In this document: positions 1-7,082 of the stretch, piece after piece
Layout: every line of letters starts with the position of its first letter
Position numbering within the stretch: position 1 is the first letter of the stretch
IMG/VR virus record: IMGVR_UViG_2740892233_000023
Reading direction: 5' to 3' (one strand)
Source: a virus
Lineage: Duplodnaviria > Heunggongvirae > Uroviricota > Caudoviricetes
Length of the DNA: 11,769 bases
Position numbers and translations under genes: made by a program
The notes under the pieces: generated by a model
Database searches by the model: none
Seen by the model: the letters and a program-made list of their open reading frames with translations, nothing else
What the model was told of the DNA's origin: nothing

Positions 1-19
1 CTAATTGATAAATAAAAAA

Positions 20-1315
20 TTAACTTTTCATCGCTTCGTTATGGGGCATGGTTGGGGCAAACTCGCTTAACTGTGTATTTAACAGCGTTACCTGCGCATT
101 ATTATTTTCTGACATCCATTTCCCGTACACCTGAAACACCATTTGCGCATCTGCATGGCCCATCTGGTTTGCAATGAATGCCGGGTTAGCTCCTGCTGTT
201 AACGACCAGCAGGCATAAGTGTGTCTCGACTGATACGATTTGCGATGGCGGATTCCGGCACGCTTTACCGCTGCGTCCCACATCTGCCTTATTGAGTCAA
301 CGGTAAAATGGTCACCATAATTTTTTACTTTCGCTGACACTTCAGGTTGAAAAACAAAGGTACATTTTTGTTTCTCTGTTCTGCCGAATTCTCTGAGGTG
401 AACATCGATGATATGCTCTTTGCTCAGTCTCGTTAGTGCCATCTGACTCCGGAGAGCGTCGATTGCGGGCTTAATAAGGTGAATCACACGATTGGTTCCC
501 GCCTGTGTTTTTGGTACTGTAAAACGGTCTTTTGCCAGATTTCTTCTGATTATCATTGTTCCATTTTTCAGATCTATATCTTCCCATCCAAGCGCACAGA
601 GTTCACCAGGGCGAATCCCAGTATAAACGGAAACACACCATAAATTTTTGGCTTGCTGATTTCTGCACGCGTCAATAAGGCGGATAAACTCCTCCCGCGA
701 AAGTGGATCCGGGATGGTTCTCGACTCCTTTAATGGTGAGATCCCCTTAAATGGATTGTCTGCCAGATAACCGTTATCAACACCAAACTGGAACACGGCG
801 TAAAGATTTGTCATGTAATTATTTACGGTAACAGCCGATCTCCCTGGTTGTGTAACAATATAGTTACTTTTGGGGATCTGGTATCCAGTCAGTAACTCTT
901 TACGTACCGCCAGCAATTTTTCTTTATTAATCGATGATGCAAGATTTTTTTCACCGATTATGCTCAGAATATTTTTGATGACGGCACGGTACGTGTTGAG
1001 TGACGTTTTTGCGACTTCAGTTTCTTTCAGTGCCAGAAATTTTTCAGCCAGTTCTTTTATGGTTAAATCTTGTCGGGCCTCACCAAATTTTTCCAGATTG
1101 TGTGAGGCGGGAAACTGTTTTGCATAGTCGAAAGCGCCAGTTTTTATTGCGTAACAAACAGAGGCGCGTAGCTCACCTGCAATGCGCCTGTTTTTTGCTG
1201 TGTCAGGAACCCCAAGATTTTCCCGGACTCTTACACCTTTATAAACAAACCAGATACGTAATTTCCCTCCATGGTTTTCCACGCCTGTCGGATATTTCAT
1301 TTCAGCTTCTCTCAT
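20..1315 (-). CDS. int: Phage tyrosine integrase (lambda-Int-like, with N-terminal arm-binding-type region)
   Basis: 431-aa minus-strand ORF. The C-terminal region has the tyrosine-recombinase pattern (…SRHTYACWSL… then …MVFQVYGKW… with the candidate catalytic Tyr). It sits at the prophage end directly downstream of an excisionase-like gene. Family call from motifs and synteny only. Confidence 0.9.
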   Translation of the reverse strand: MREAEMKYPTGVENHGGKLRIWFVYKGVRVRENLGVPDTAKNRRIAGELRASVCYAIKTGAFDYAKQFPASHNLEKFGEARQDLTIKELAEKFLALKETEVAKTSLNTYRAVIKNILSIIGEKNLASSINKEKLLAVRKELLTGYQIPKSNYIVTQPGRSAVTVNNYMTNLYAVFQFGVDNGYLADNPFKGISPLKESRTIPDPLSREEFIRLIDACRNQQAKNLWCVSVYTGIRPGELCALGWEDIDLKNGTMIIRRNLAKDRFTVPKTQAGTNRVIHLIKPAIDALRSQMALTRLSKEHIIDVHLREFGRTEKQKCTFVFQPEVSAKVKNYGDHFTVDSIRQMWDAAVKRAGIRHRKSYQSRHTYACWSLTAGANPAFIANQMGHADAQMVFQVYGKWMSENNNAQVTLLNTQLSEFAPTMPHNEAMKS

Positions 1316-1334
1316 TGGTTCGTGTTGCTTTTAG

Positions 1335-1586
1335 TCAAGCAAGATGACGTCTTGGTCTTGCAGATGCCTGGCGCTCAATCCAGCGATCAATTTCTTCCAG
1401 GTTGTAAAAGCATGGACTGTTATCCCATGGCATACCGTCATGAGCGACATGCTTATATTCCCTTCCTTCCATAAACGATTTTTCCCGGGCCTTTTTTAAC
1501 GTACCTTTTTTTATTCCTTTCAGCGCAATTAACTGCTCTTCGGATACCCATTTGCCGGGAGAGACGATCATGATTACTTCGCTCAT
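1335..1586 (-). CDS. xis: Excisionase-like protein (YdaQ/XisR-like)
   Basis: 83-aa minus-strand ORF immediately upstream of int in the same orientation; small basic protein. The start could be the first ATG (1586) or the second ATG (1571); both have weak SD context. Confidence 0.75.
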   Translation of the reverse strand: MSEVIMIVSPGKWVSEEQLIALKGIKKGTLKKAREKSFMEGREYKHVAHDGMPWDNSPCFYNLEEIDRWIERQASARPRRHLA

Positions 1587-1615
1587 CGCTTTCTTTATCT
1601 CTTACATCAGACGAG

Positions 1616-1647
1616 CGCCGGTTGCAGAATACCAGTCACAACCGGCG
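1616..1647. promoter_or_regulatory. 9-bp-stem inverted repeat (CGCCGGTTG / CAACCGGCG, 14-nt loop) in the exo-xis intergenic region
   Basis: Seen directly in sequence. No U/T tract follows on either strand, so it is not a canonical intrinsic terminator. Possible RNA processing or protein-binding site. Confidence 0.3.
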
Positions 1648-1658
1648 ACAGTTGAACA

Positions 1659-4600
1659 TTAAGAATCAGCCTGACTCGGGATCAGTTTTTGCCAGATAAC
1701 TGAAACGTATTTTGCCTGGTAACGGGCGTCATCAAGTGCATTATGGCGCTCACCTTCGAATGGAATAGCCGTTCTGGCATCGAAGTCTATGGCTTTCCCC
1801 AGCTCAACGATTGTGCGTACATCGCGATCGTTGTAGTAACGCCACGGGCAGGGGATCCCCTGCCGTTCGTATGAACGGCGCAAAATCGTGTTGTCGAAGT
1901 TGGCTCCATTTCCCCAGACCTGAACAAAAAATTCACCGGAGTTTTCGTCGATAAATTCCCGCAATTGTAACAGTGCATCATCTAACGGGATTTCATCGGT
2001 CATAATGGCAGATTGCGCTTCGCGTGATTGCTTAAGCCACCATTTAATGGTGTCCCGATCAATGACCCCGCCAGCAGTTTCCAGATCGATAGTCTTACTA
2101 AATTCCGGCCCCATATCTCCGGTTTGCGGATCGAAAAATATTGCACCTATTGAGATGATCGGGGCATCAGGATTTTTTCCCATGGTTTCAAGGTCGATCA
2201 TTAGATGGTCACACGTCCTGCNNNNNNNNNNTCCGCCAGCAGTTTCCAGATCGATAGTCTTACTAAATTCCGGTCCCATATCTCCGGTTTGCGGATCGAA
2301 AAATATTGCACCTATTGAGATAATCGGGGCATCAGGATTTTTTCCCATGGTTTCAAGGTCGATCATTAGATGGTCACACGTCCTGCTGGTGGATGTGATT
2401 TCTTGATGACCGTTCACCTTAATTGAGTGATCTGCCGTCTCGCCAGTTTCATTATCGCTATCGTGATGCTGATTGCCGTCAGTGTTCTCCTTGTGTGGAT
2501 GTTCAGCGCCTTCCATTTCCTCCGGATCATCTTCCTGAACTTCAACCTGATACTCTTCATCGAATGTTTCCTGGTATGTTGCGTCGCCCATCACCGCGCC
2601 ACAATCAGGGCAGTTGCCGCNNNNNNNNNNAATGCGATGACCGTTCACCGTAATTAAGGGATCTGCCGTCTCGCCAGTTTCACTATCGCTGGCGTGGTCC
2701 TGAGCGCTGCCAGCATTCTCCTTGTGTGGATGTTCAGCGCCTTCCATTTTCTCCGAATCGTCTTCCTGAACTTCAACCAGGTTCTTGTCATCGAATGTTT
2801 CCTGGTATGTTGCGTCGCCCATCACCGCGCCACAATCAGGGCAGTTGCCGCCGCCGGTCTGACCGCAGGCGGTGCAGACTTTTTCCGGTTCCTGTTGCGC
2901 TACTGGCTCAGGTTGTTTCGTTTCTGGCTCGTTTTGTTGCGTATTTGGGCTGTTTTGTTCCGCTTTCTGGTCGTTCTGTTCCGATTCTTGCTGGTTCTGG
3001 TTTACAGAATCGCGGGTTTCAATCCCCTTTACCCATTTCGGATCATTCGGGTCGCTAATCCCTGCAACAAATTCTCCGCGAGAGGCAGCAAGCAACTTAT
3101 CGGCGTCAGGCTGGCTGATATTGGCTGCCTGCATAATTTTGTTTACTTCGTCAGCGGTAANNNNNNNNNNACTCCTCTGACCGCAGGCGGTGCAGATCTT
3201 TTCCGGTTCCTGTTGCACTACTGGTTCAGGTTGTTTCGTTTCTGGCTCGTTTTGTTGCGTATTTGGGCTGTTCTGTTCCGCTTTCTGGTCGTTCTGTTCC
3301 GTTTCTGGCTGATTCTGGTACACAGAATCGCGGGTCTGGATCCCCTTAATCCATTTCGGATCATTCGGGTCGCTAATCCCTTCAACAAATTCTCCGCGAG
3401 AGGCAGCCAGTAATTTGTCTGCATCGACAGGATTTTGGGGCGGAATGTTTTTCCGGGCTTCATGGAGTTCTGCCCGCAGTTTCTGATATTTCGCATCAAC
3501 AGAATTTACCTGTGACTGAGCATCCAGCGGCTGCGTGTCCTGATGATGTTCAGTTGCATCCGGTTCCACTGTTTCAGCCGTTGCCTGTTCATCTGCCATT
3601 GCGCAAGATGGTTGCGGTTTTTCTTCATCATTTTCTTCTTCTTCTGTTTCCTGCTTAGCAGCCAGTTCGCGGTTAACTTCTTCCAGGATATCTTTTTCCG
3701 GTGTATGTCGTGCAGCAGTGAGAGTTTCCTTGCTGGGGTTCTCGTGATCAGTCTCCGTTAAGTAGGCGTTGATATACCCCTGAAGGCGTCCCGGGTAGTG
3801 ATAAAACTCAGGGTGAGCGCTCCGGATAAGTGCAAAAATAGCGGCGCGGGAATAGTCCAGAATACCCGGGGTTGCGCGAAGTGCTGCGGACCATTCTTTG
3901 AACGGACTTTCTCTTTTCAGGACGATTTCTTTTGCGCGACGATAAACGCTGCCCGGAATTTCATAAATATTAAAATCCATCGGAAGTGTGGCTGCTGCAA
4001 TCTCCACATCCAGCGTATCGAAGGTGTGTACTAAATTCGGATTGCGATCGGTTTTGTTCCCGCCACCGGCATTTGCACCGGAAGCCGTACGGGTGATACG
4101 CGAAACACGATTTCCTTTCATCCACTCTTTTGTCAGCAGACCCCGATCAGTGTAGTCAGCGTCCAGGTATGCCTCGAAAAAAGCAGTTATCAGTCCCAGG
4201 TCTGAATTACCGGGATTAGGGAAAACTTTGTCAGTGTCGCGTGCCAGTTTATGAAGGTCGCGAATCTCCAGCGGGTCGAGCAGCTTTGTGTTGTGGGAAA
4301 TGGCCAGGGCAGTAACAGCCGGCAGTTCTTCCGCCCGTGCTATATGTAATGCCTGAAGTTCTTCCCGTGCAACGTGCGTTACTGGTTTTTCGCTGCCGTG
4401 TTGCGCAAGCCAGCGAATGGGCAGCTCCTGACCAGAAACCGGCAGGAGCATATTCTCCTCAATCTCCGTCATGTCTTCGCCGTTGACGTTGGTATTGTCA
4501 GTACTGGCTGGTTTCTCCTGCACGGAGGGAGAGGGCGCGATAAATACCATTGTAATGCCATCTTCCCCGCCTTTTTCGTATCGGTTGCAGAATTCGGTAT

Positions 4601-4835
4601 CAAACACGCCTTCAGGTGGAAGGTCATTCACAACGGGTAAATGGACGCGAACGGGTTTTTTAAAGTCGTCTTCATCATAATCGTTGTCATCCATTGCGGT
4701 AATGCAGCGGGAGATGGCAACAGATAATTTTTTTGCTGTAGTCCAGTAAAAACCACCTTTAATTCCCAGACGTTTTCTGACTTTGTCATTTTTTGCTTCG
4801 CAATATAGCGCAAATTCTTCTTTATCAGTGCTCAT
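1659..4835 (-). CDS. Prophage exonuclease: RecE (exonuclease VIII) N-terminal-like region fused to a C-terminal DEDDh (DnaQ-like) 3'-5' exonuclease domain; ORF crosses three N10 runs
   Basis: Long minus-strand ORF with GAGG SD 9 nt upstream of ATG at 4835. The N-terminal ~600 aa resemble the non-catalytic N-terminal part of RecE-family proteins (from memory). The C-terminal ~180 aa carry DEDDh motifs: Exo I MIDLETMG, Exo [13 protein letters not shown], Exo [15 protein letters not shown]. Protein length is unreliable because the N10 runs at 2222-2231, 2621-2630 and 3161-3170 are flanked by duplicated sequence; the true protein is probably about 830 aa. Confidence 0.8.
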   Translation of the reverse strand: MSTDKEEFALYCEAKNDKVRKRLGIKGGFYWTTAKKLSVAISRCITAMDDNDYDEDDFKKPVRVHLPVVNDLPPEGVFDTEFCNRYEKGGEDGITMVFIAPSPSVQEKPASTDNTNVNGEDMTEIEENMLLPVSGQELPIRWLAQHGSEKPVTHVAREELQALHIARAEELPAVTALAISHNTKLLDPLEIRDLHKLARDTDKVFPNPGNSDLGLITAFFEAYLDADYTDRGLLTKEWMKGNRVSRITRTASGANAGGGNKTDRNPNLVHTFDTLDVEIAAATLPMDFNIYEIPGSVYRRAKEIVLKRESPFKEWSAALRATPGILDYSRAAIFALIRSAHPEFYHYPGRLQGYINAYLTETDHENPSKETLTAARHTPEKDILEEVNRELAAKQETEEEENDEEKPQPSCAMADEQATAETVEPDATEHHQDTQPLDAQSQVNSVDAKYQKLRAELHEARKNIPPQNPVDADKLLAASRGEFVEGISDPNDPKWIKGIQTRDSVYQNQPETEQNDQKAEQNSPNTQQNEPETKQPEPVVQQEPEKICTACGQRSXXXXTADEVNKIMQAANISQPDADKLLAASRGEFVAGISDPNDPKWVKGIETRDSVNQNQQESEQNDQKAEQNSPNTQQNEPETKQPEPVAQQEPEKVCTACGQTGGGNCPDCGAVMGDATYQETFDDKNLVEVQEDDSEKMEGAEHPHKENAGSAQDHASDSETGETADPLITVNGHRIXXXXGNCPDCGAVMGDATYQETFDEEYQVEVQEDDPEEMEGAEHPHKENTDGNQHHDSDNETGETADHSIKVNGHQEITSTSRTCDHLMIDLETMGKNPDAPIISIGAIFFDPQTGDMGPEFSKTIDLETAGGXXXXRTCDHLMIDLETMGKNPDAPIISIGAIFFDPQTGDMGPEFSKTIDLETAGGVIDRDTIKWWLKQSREAQSAIMTDEIPLDDALLQLREFIDENSGEFFVQVWGNGANFDNTILRRSYERQGIPCPWRYYNDRDVRTIVELGKAIDFDARTAIPFEGERHNALDDARYQAKYVSVIWQKLIPSQADS
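2222..2231. other. N10 gap flanked by ~154-bp near-identical copies (2068-2221 vs 2233-2386, 2 mismatches)
   Basis: Direct comparison of flanking sequence; the copy offset is 165 bp (a multiple of 3). Confidence 0.95.
2621..2630. other. N10 gap flanked by ~228-bp diverged copies (about 2393-2620 vs 2631-2860, roughly 88 percent identity)
   Basis: Direct comparison of flanking sequence; the copy offset is 231 bp (a multiple of 3). Confidence 0.95.
3161..3170. other. N10 gap flanked by ~270-300-bp diverged copies (about 2861-3160 vs 3171-3440, roughly 92 percent identity; ends diverge)
   Basis: Direct comparison of flanking sequence; the copy offset is 318 bp (a multiple of 3). Confidence 0.95.
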
Positions 4836-4927
4836 TGATAAACCTCATTACAGATTTAAGGGTGAACAAATCCCTGCCATTGCTGGCATTTTTAATCCGT
4901 TGGTATGGTGTTAATATGGCTGGAGGG

Positions 4928-5116
4928 TTATCCAGCCGGTGTTTCGTTATTCAGGTACAGCGATACTTTTTTTACCGGGAGGCATTCACCAGAAATTTTT
5001 TGCTCGTCTCTTGCCTGGAGGCAGGATTCTTTACTGGCATAAATTCCGGTAATCACATTCTGTGATTCACCCGTTATAAGAAAAACCGTCATCATCAGTG
5101 CAAATGCTGAAGTCAT
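4928..5116 (-). CDS. YdfD-like small membrane protein (62 aa)
   Basis: Minus-strand ORF whose ATG overlaps the dicB-like stop (ATGA). N-terminal hydrophobic segment (AFALMMTVFLITG) and two Cys. Position immediately downstream of dicB-like matches the Qin-type ydfD position. Family call from memory and synteny. Confidence 0.6.
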   Translation of the reverse strand: MTSAFALMMTVFLITGESQNVITGIYASKESCLQARDEQKISGECLPVKKVSLYLNNETPAG

Positions 5117-5301
5117 TGACGTTCTCCGAAAATACCAAGTTCAAGAAGAGCAATTCGGGAAAGTATGGAATTATCATTGAGCAGATAAGGCTCATATTTC
5201 CTCATATTAATGGCATCTTCAGTAAACTCCCGGTTACTGAGCAGAACACCAATATCAAAACAACCTTCAGACGTATTAACGTTTGGTAATAACGTTTCCA
5301 T
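5113..5301 (-). CDS. dicB: DicB-like cell-division inhibitor (62 aa)
   Basis: Minus-strand ORF starting at ATG 5301 with GAGGA SD 7 nt upstream. Product METLLPNVNTSEGCFDIGVLLSNREFTEDAINMRK… matches the remembered DicB family (LLPNVNTSEGCF…FTEDAIN) in length and sequence. It lies directly downstream of a DicF-like sRNA, as in the Qin dicB operon. The ORF-track GTG-start extension to 5406 is not needed. Confidence 0.75.
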   Translation of the reverse strand: METLLPNVNTSEGCFDIGVLLSNREFTEDAINMRKYEPYLLNDNSILSRIALLELGIFGERQ

Positions 5302-5470
5302 TATCGCGTCCTCAACAATGAATTTTGTGATGCGGTGCCTGGTGCCTCCAGGTGACGTTAACCAGTTAACAATTAACGCCGGATACAGAGAATCCACCCA
5401 TAACACTGTTTTTGGTTTTAACTGTTCCGCGTGCGCTCAGCCGCATTCACCACATCACAAAATTCACTTT

Positions 5471-5528
5471 AAAAAGGGCGGCAGAGCAGTCACGGAGTAA
5501 AACTGATACCGCCAAACGTCACCAGAAA
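5471..5528 (-). ncRNA. dicF: DicF-like sRNA (copy at end of contig before N-run)
   Basis: Minus-strand sequence TTTCTGGTGACGTTTGGCGGTATCAGTTTTACTCCGTGACTGCTCTGCCGCCCTTTTT matches the remembered 53-nt DicF sRNA followed by a U-run. Located upstream of dicB-like in the same orientation. Confidence 0.7.
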
Positions 5529-5554
5529 ATTGATAACAGAGGGCGTTGCAGCGG

Positions 5555-5564
5555 NNNNNNNNNN
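5555..5564. other. N10 gap; the ~116 bp before it (5439-5554) are repeated after it (5566-5681) with 3 differences
   Basis: Direct comparison of flanking sequence; both copies end at the same point (…cgttgcagcgg) before an N-run. Confidence 0.95.
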
Positions 5565-5597
5565 GAGCCGCATTCACCGCATCACAAAATTCACTTT

Positions 5598-5655
5598 AAA
5601 AAGGGCGGCAGAGCAGCCAAGGAGTAAAACTGATACCGCCAAACGTCACCAGAAA
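5598..5655 (-). ncRNA. dicF: DicF-like sRNA, variant copy (2 substitutions, CCGUGACUG to CCUUGGCUG)
   Basis: Second copy of the DicF-like sequence on the short segment between two N-runs. It may be an allele or paralogue brought in by contig concatenation rather than a second gene in the same genome. Confidence 0.55.
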
Positions 5656-5681
5656 ATTGATAACAGAGGGCGTTGCAGCGG

Positions 5682-5691
5682 NNNNNNNNNN
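5682..5691. other. N10 gap (junction between DicF-containing segment and twin-hairpin/cassette contig)
   Basis: Seen in sequence; no overlap detected across this junction. Confidence 0.95.
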
Positions 5692-5719
5692 AGAAATATC
5701 CTTTCAGTAAACTGTCAGT

Positions 5720-5769
5720 GCCGGATGTTCACCCGTGTCCGGCGCACGCACTCCACTTCACCCGTGGAG
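5720..5769. repeat. Twin GC-rich hairpins each carrying decamer TTCACCCGTG (GCCGGA-loop-TCCGGC and CTCCAC-loop-GTGGAG)
   Basis: Seen in sequence. A second copy at 6703-6752 carries CTCACCCGTG in both positions (the same T to C change in both repeats). No T-run follows. Confidence 0.5.
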
Positions 5770-5801
5770 AACTCCTTAATTACCAACCCTCAGGAGGGTG
5801 A

Positions 5802-6035
5802 ATGTTAAAATCAACTCTTATTGCTAAATGCCTTTATCAAAATCGCATGGTAAGCAGCATTTCAATAGGCGAGTCTGCAGTTAAAAGTATTTTCGAAGAG
5901 TACTTTCCCGGGCATGATTTTAATAAATGGAATACCAAATTACCGCCAGCAGTTTCAACGCGTATTCTGAAAGCAACCGAAAGAGCAAGTACAATTCGCG
6001 TTAACTATTTCATTAAAGATTTGTGGGATCTTTGA
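5802..6035 (+). CDS. Hypothetical protein (77 aa), AT-rich, inside variant-specific cassette
   Basis: Plus-strand ORF with GGAGGG SD 4-5 nt upstream of ATG. It is convergent with the 135-aa minus gene (23-bp 3' overlap) and no competing long ORF lies on the other strand. No recognisable family. Confidence 0.4.
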   Translation: MLKSTLIAKCLYQNRMVSSISIGESAVKSIFEEYFPGHDFNKWNTKLPPAVSTRILKATERASTIRVNYFIKDLWDL

Positions 6036-6420
6036 TATCCACAGAGCCTAAAGTATGTGCATATGGATGTGCTATTATGCGCCCTCGCAGATTTGCATCA
6101 TTTTCTAAATTCACTGAACGAAACAGGGCATCAACAAGGCTCTGTACAATGCAAAGGCAATCGAAGACTGTCGCCGTTTCTGTTTTGATTGATGAAAGAA
6201 CATGGCCATTCACGCAAACAGAAATTACCCGTTTATTAACATCGCTTTCCTGCTTTTGATTATCAGAACCATATAGCCCAGAAAAAGCATTGCGCACATT
6301 ACGAACCATATTATCGATGGTTTCTTTTTCTGCGGTACTAAGGTCAAGAGTAGCCAGTTGTGAACGAACTATATTCGATGCCATTTCCTGTAATGGCGTT
6401 GGTAAATCTTTAAATTCCAT
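6013..6420 (-). CDS. Hypothetical protein (135 aa), AT-rich, inside variant-specific cassette
   Basis: Minus-strand ORF with ATG at 6420 and GAGG SD 8 nt upstream. It follows a truncated ydfC-like 3' end by 22 bp. No TM segments or recognisable motifs. The plus-strand ORF 6023-6259 is treated as its shadow. Confidence 0.55.
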   Translation of the reverse strand: MEFKDLPTPLQEMASNIVRSQLATLDLSTAEKETIDNMVRNVRNAFSGLYGSDNQKQESDVNKRVISVCVNGHVLSSIKTETATVFDCLCIVQSLVDALFRSVNLENDANLRGRIIAHPYAHTLGSVDIKDPTNL

Positions 6421-6442
6421 TATTAGCCTCGTTGGTTAGCTA

Positions 6443-6513
6443 TTAACGTGGGTATGTAATCATTCTGGCAATGCTTAATGCCGCTGCTTTTTCCAGATTG
6501 GTGATATCCTGCT
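6443..6513 (-). CDS. 3' fragment of a ydfC-like gene, truncated by the N-run (variant contig)
   Basis: Near-identical to 6792-6862 (one mismatch in about 85 bp); encodes …ARMITYPR-stop. Only the C-terminal part lies before the N10 run. Confidence 0.4.
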
Positions 6514-6523
6514 NNNNNNNNNN
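6514..6523. other. N10 gap flanked by repeated ~85-bp segment (6429-6513 vs 6777-6862)
   Basis: Direct comparison of flanking sequence. Confidence 0.95.
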
Positions 6524-6702
6524 CTGGGGAAGGAATAACCCCGCCATACTTACCGCCGCGCCATTTCGCGGATTGCCACAACCGGAAGCGCACGGTCGAC
6601 GAAAATTTAACGACAGGCTATCTATGAACCAGCTACCTCGCCGTGCGCTTTCGCGTTATGGTCTGACTTTTCAGGGAAATATCCTTTCAGTAAACTGTCA
6701 GT

Positions 6703-6752
6703 GCCGGATGCTCACCCGTGTCCGGCGCACGCACTCCACCTCACCCGTGGAG
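6703..6752. repeat. Second copy of the twin hairpins (loop decamers CTCACCCGTG)
   Basis: Seen in sequence; lies in the contig variant without the cassette, between the segment upstream of dicF and the ydfC-like gene. Confidence 0.5.
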
Positions 6753-6791
6753 AACTCCTTAATTACCAACCTTAGCTTCGTTGGTTAGCTA

Positions 6792-7010
6792 TTAACGCGG
6801 GTATGTAATCATTCTGGCAATGCTTAATGCCGCTGCTTTTTCCAGATTGGTGATATCCTGCTCCAGAGCGGACAGATTTTCAGCCTGCTTAGCCCTGGCT
6901 TCATTGGCCCATTTCAGGTCCTGCGCTGCCTTAATTTTCTGGTGCATCCACTCATAAAGTTCATCATCGGTATAGTCTGGCGCGATGATGACGGGGTCTC
7001 GTTTCTGCAT
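6792..7010 (-). CDS. YdfC-like small coiled-coil protein (72 aa)
   Basis: Minus-strand ORF with AAGGAG SD 6 nt upstream of ATG at 7010. Its length and its position upstream of dicF/dicB match ydfC of the Qin dicB operon. Family call from synteny and length only. Confidence 0.6.
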   Translation of the reverse strand: MQKRDPVIIAPDYTDDELYEWMHQKIKAAQDLKWANEARAKQAENLSALEQDITNLEKAAALSIARMITYPR

Positions 7011-7082
7011 GTCGGCTCCTTGTGGTTAGCGTTGCCTGCTTTTTAACCACGTCAGGCGAGGTGGTATCCTCTGAGGGGTCTG

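Noticed and set aside
1-19. Looked for an att core, direct repeats flanking the integrase, or an adjacent tRNA at the window start
   Set aside because: Only 19 bp lie beyond the integrase stop and no repeat partner occurs within the window; cannot be assessed.
870-1347. Plus-strand ORFs of 85 and 115 aa overlapping the integrase gene
   Set aside because: Antisense to a well-supported integrase CDS; no SD and low-complexity translations; treated as shadow ORFs.
2066-3440. Possible CRISPR array suggested by repeated blocks separated by short spacers
   Set aside because: The repeats are 150-300 bp, diverged, coding and separated by N-runs rather than unique spacers; nothing like 25-40-bp regularly spaced direct repeats.
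1787-3499. Minus-strand ORFs 1787-1981 and 3218-3499 and plus-strand ORFs 2005-3413 inside the exonuclease gene
   Set aside because: Alternative-frame or antisense ORFs within a long coherent CDS; several are only open because they run through N-runs and duplicated blocks.
3543-4813. Plus-strand ORFs 3543-3761, 3798-4034, 4374-4640, 4471-4680 and minus-strand ORF 4628-4813 within the exonuclease N-terminal region
   Set aside because: All lie inside the exonuclease CDS in other frames or antisense; no SD; shadow ORFs.
5113-5406. 97-aa GTG-start version of the dicB-like ORF
   Set aside because: The internal ATG at 5301 has a proper SD and gives a 62-aa product matching DicB length; the upstream extension has no support.
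4793-5500. Plus-strand ORFs 4793-5065, 5098-5289 and 5210-5500 opposite ydfD/dicB
   Set aside because: Antisense to the better-supported translationally coupled dicB-like/ydfD-like pair in an AT-rich region.
6023-6259. Plus-strand 78-aa ORF inside the 135-aa minus gene
   Set aside because: GTG start, no SD, in mirror register with the minus gene, which has ATG and SD; treated as shadow, with low certainty.
5412-6788. Plus-strand ORFs 5412-5627, 5530-5808 and 6471-6788 in the DicF region
   Set aside because: Each spans an N-run (X residues) and overlaps the DicF-like sRNA or the hairpin element; artefacts of contig concatenation.
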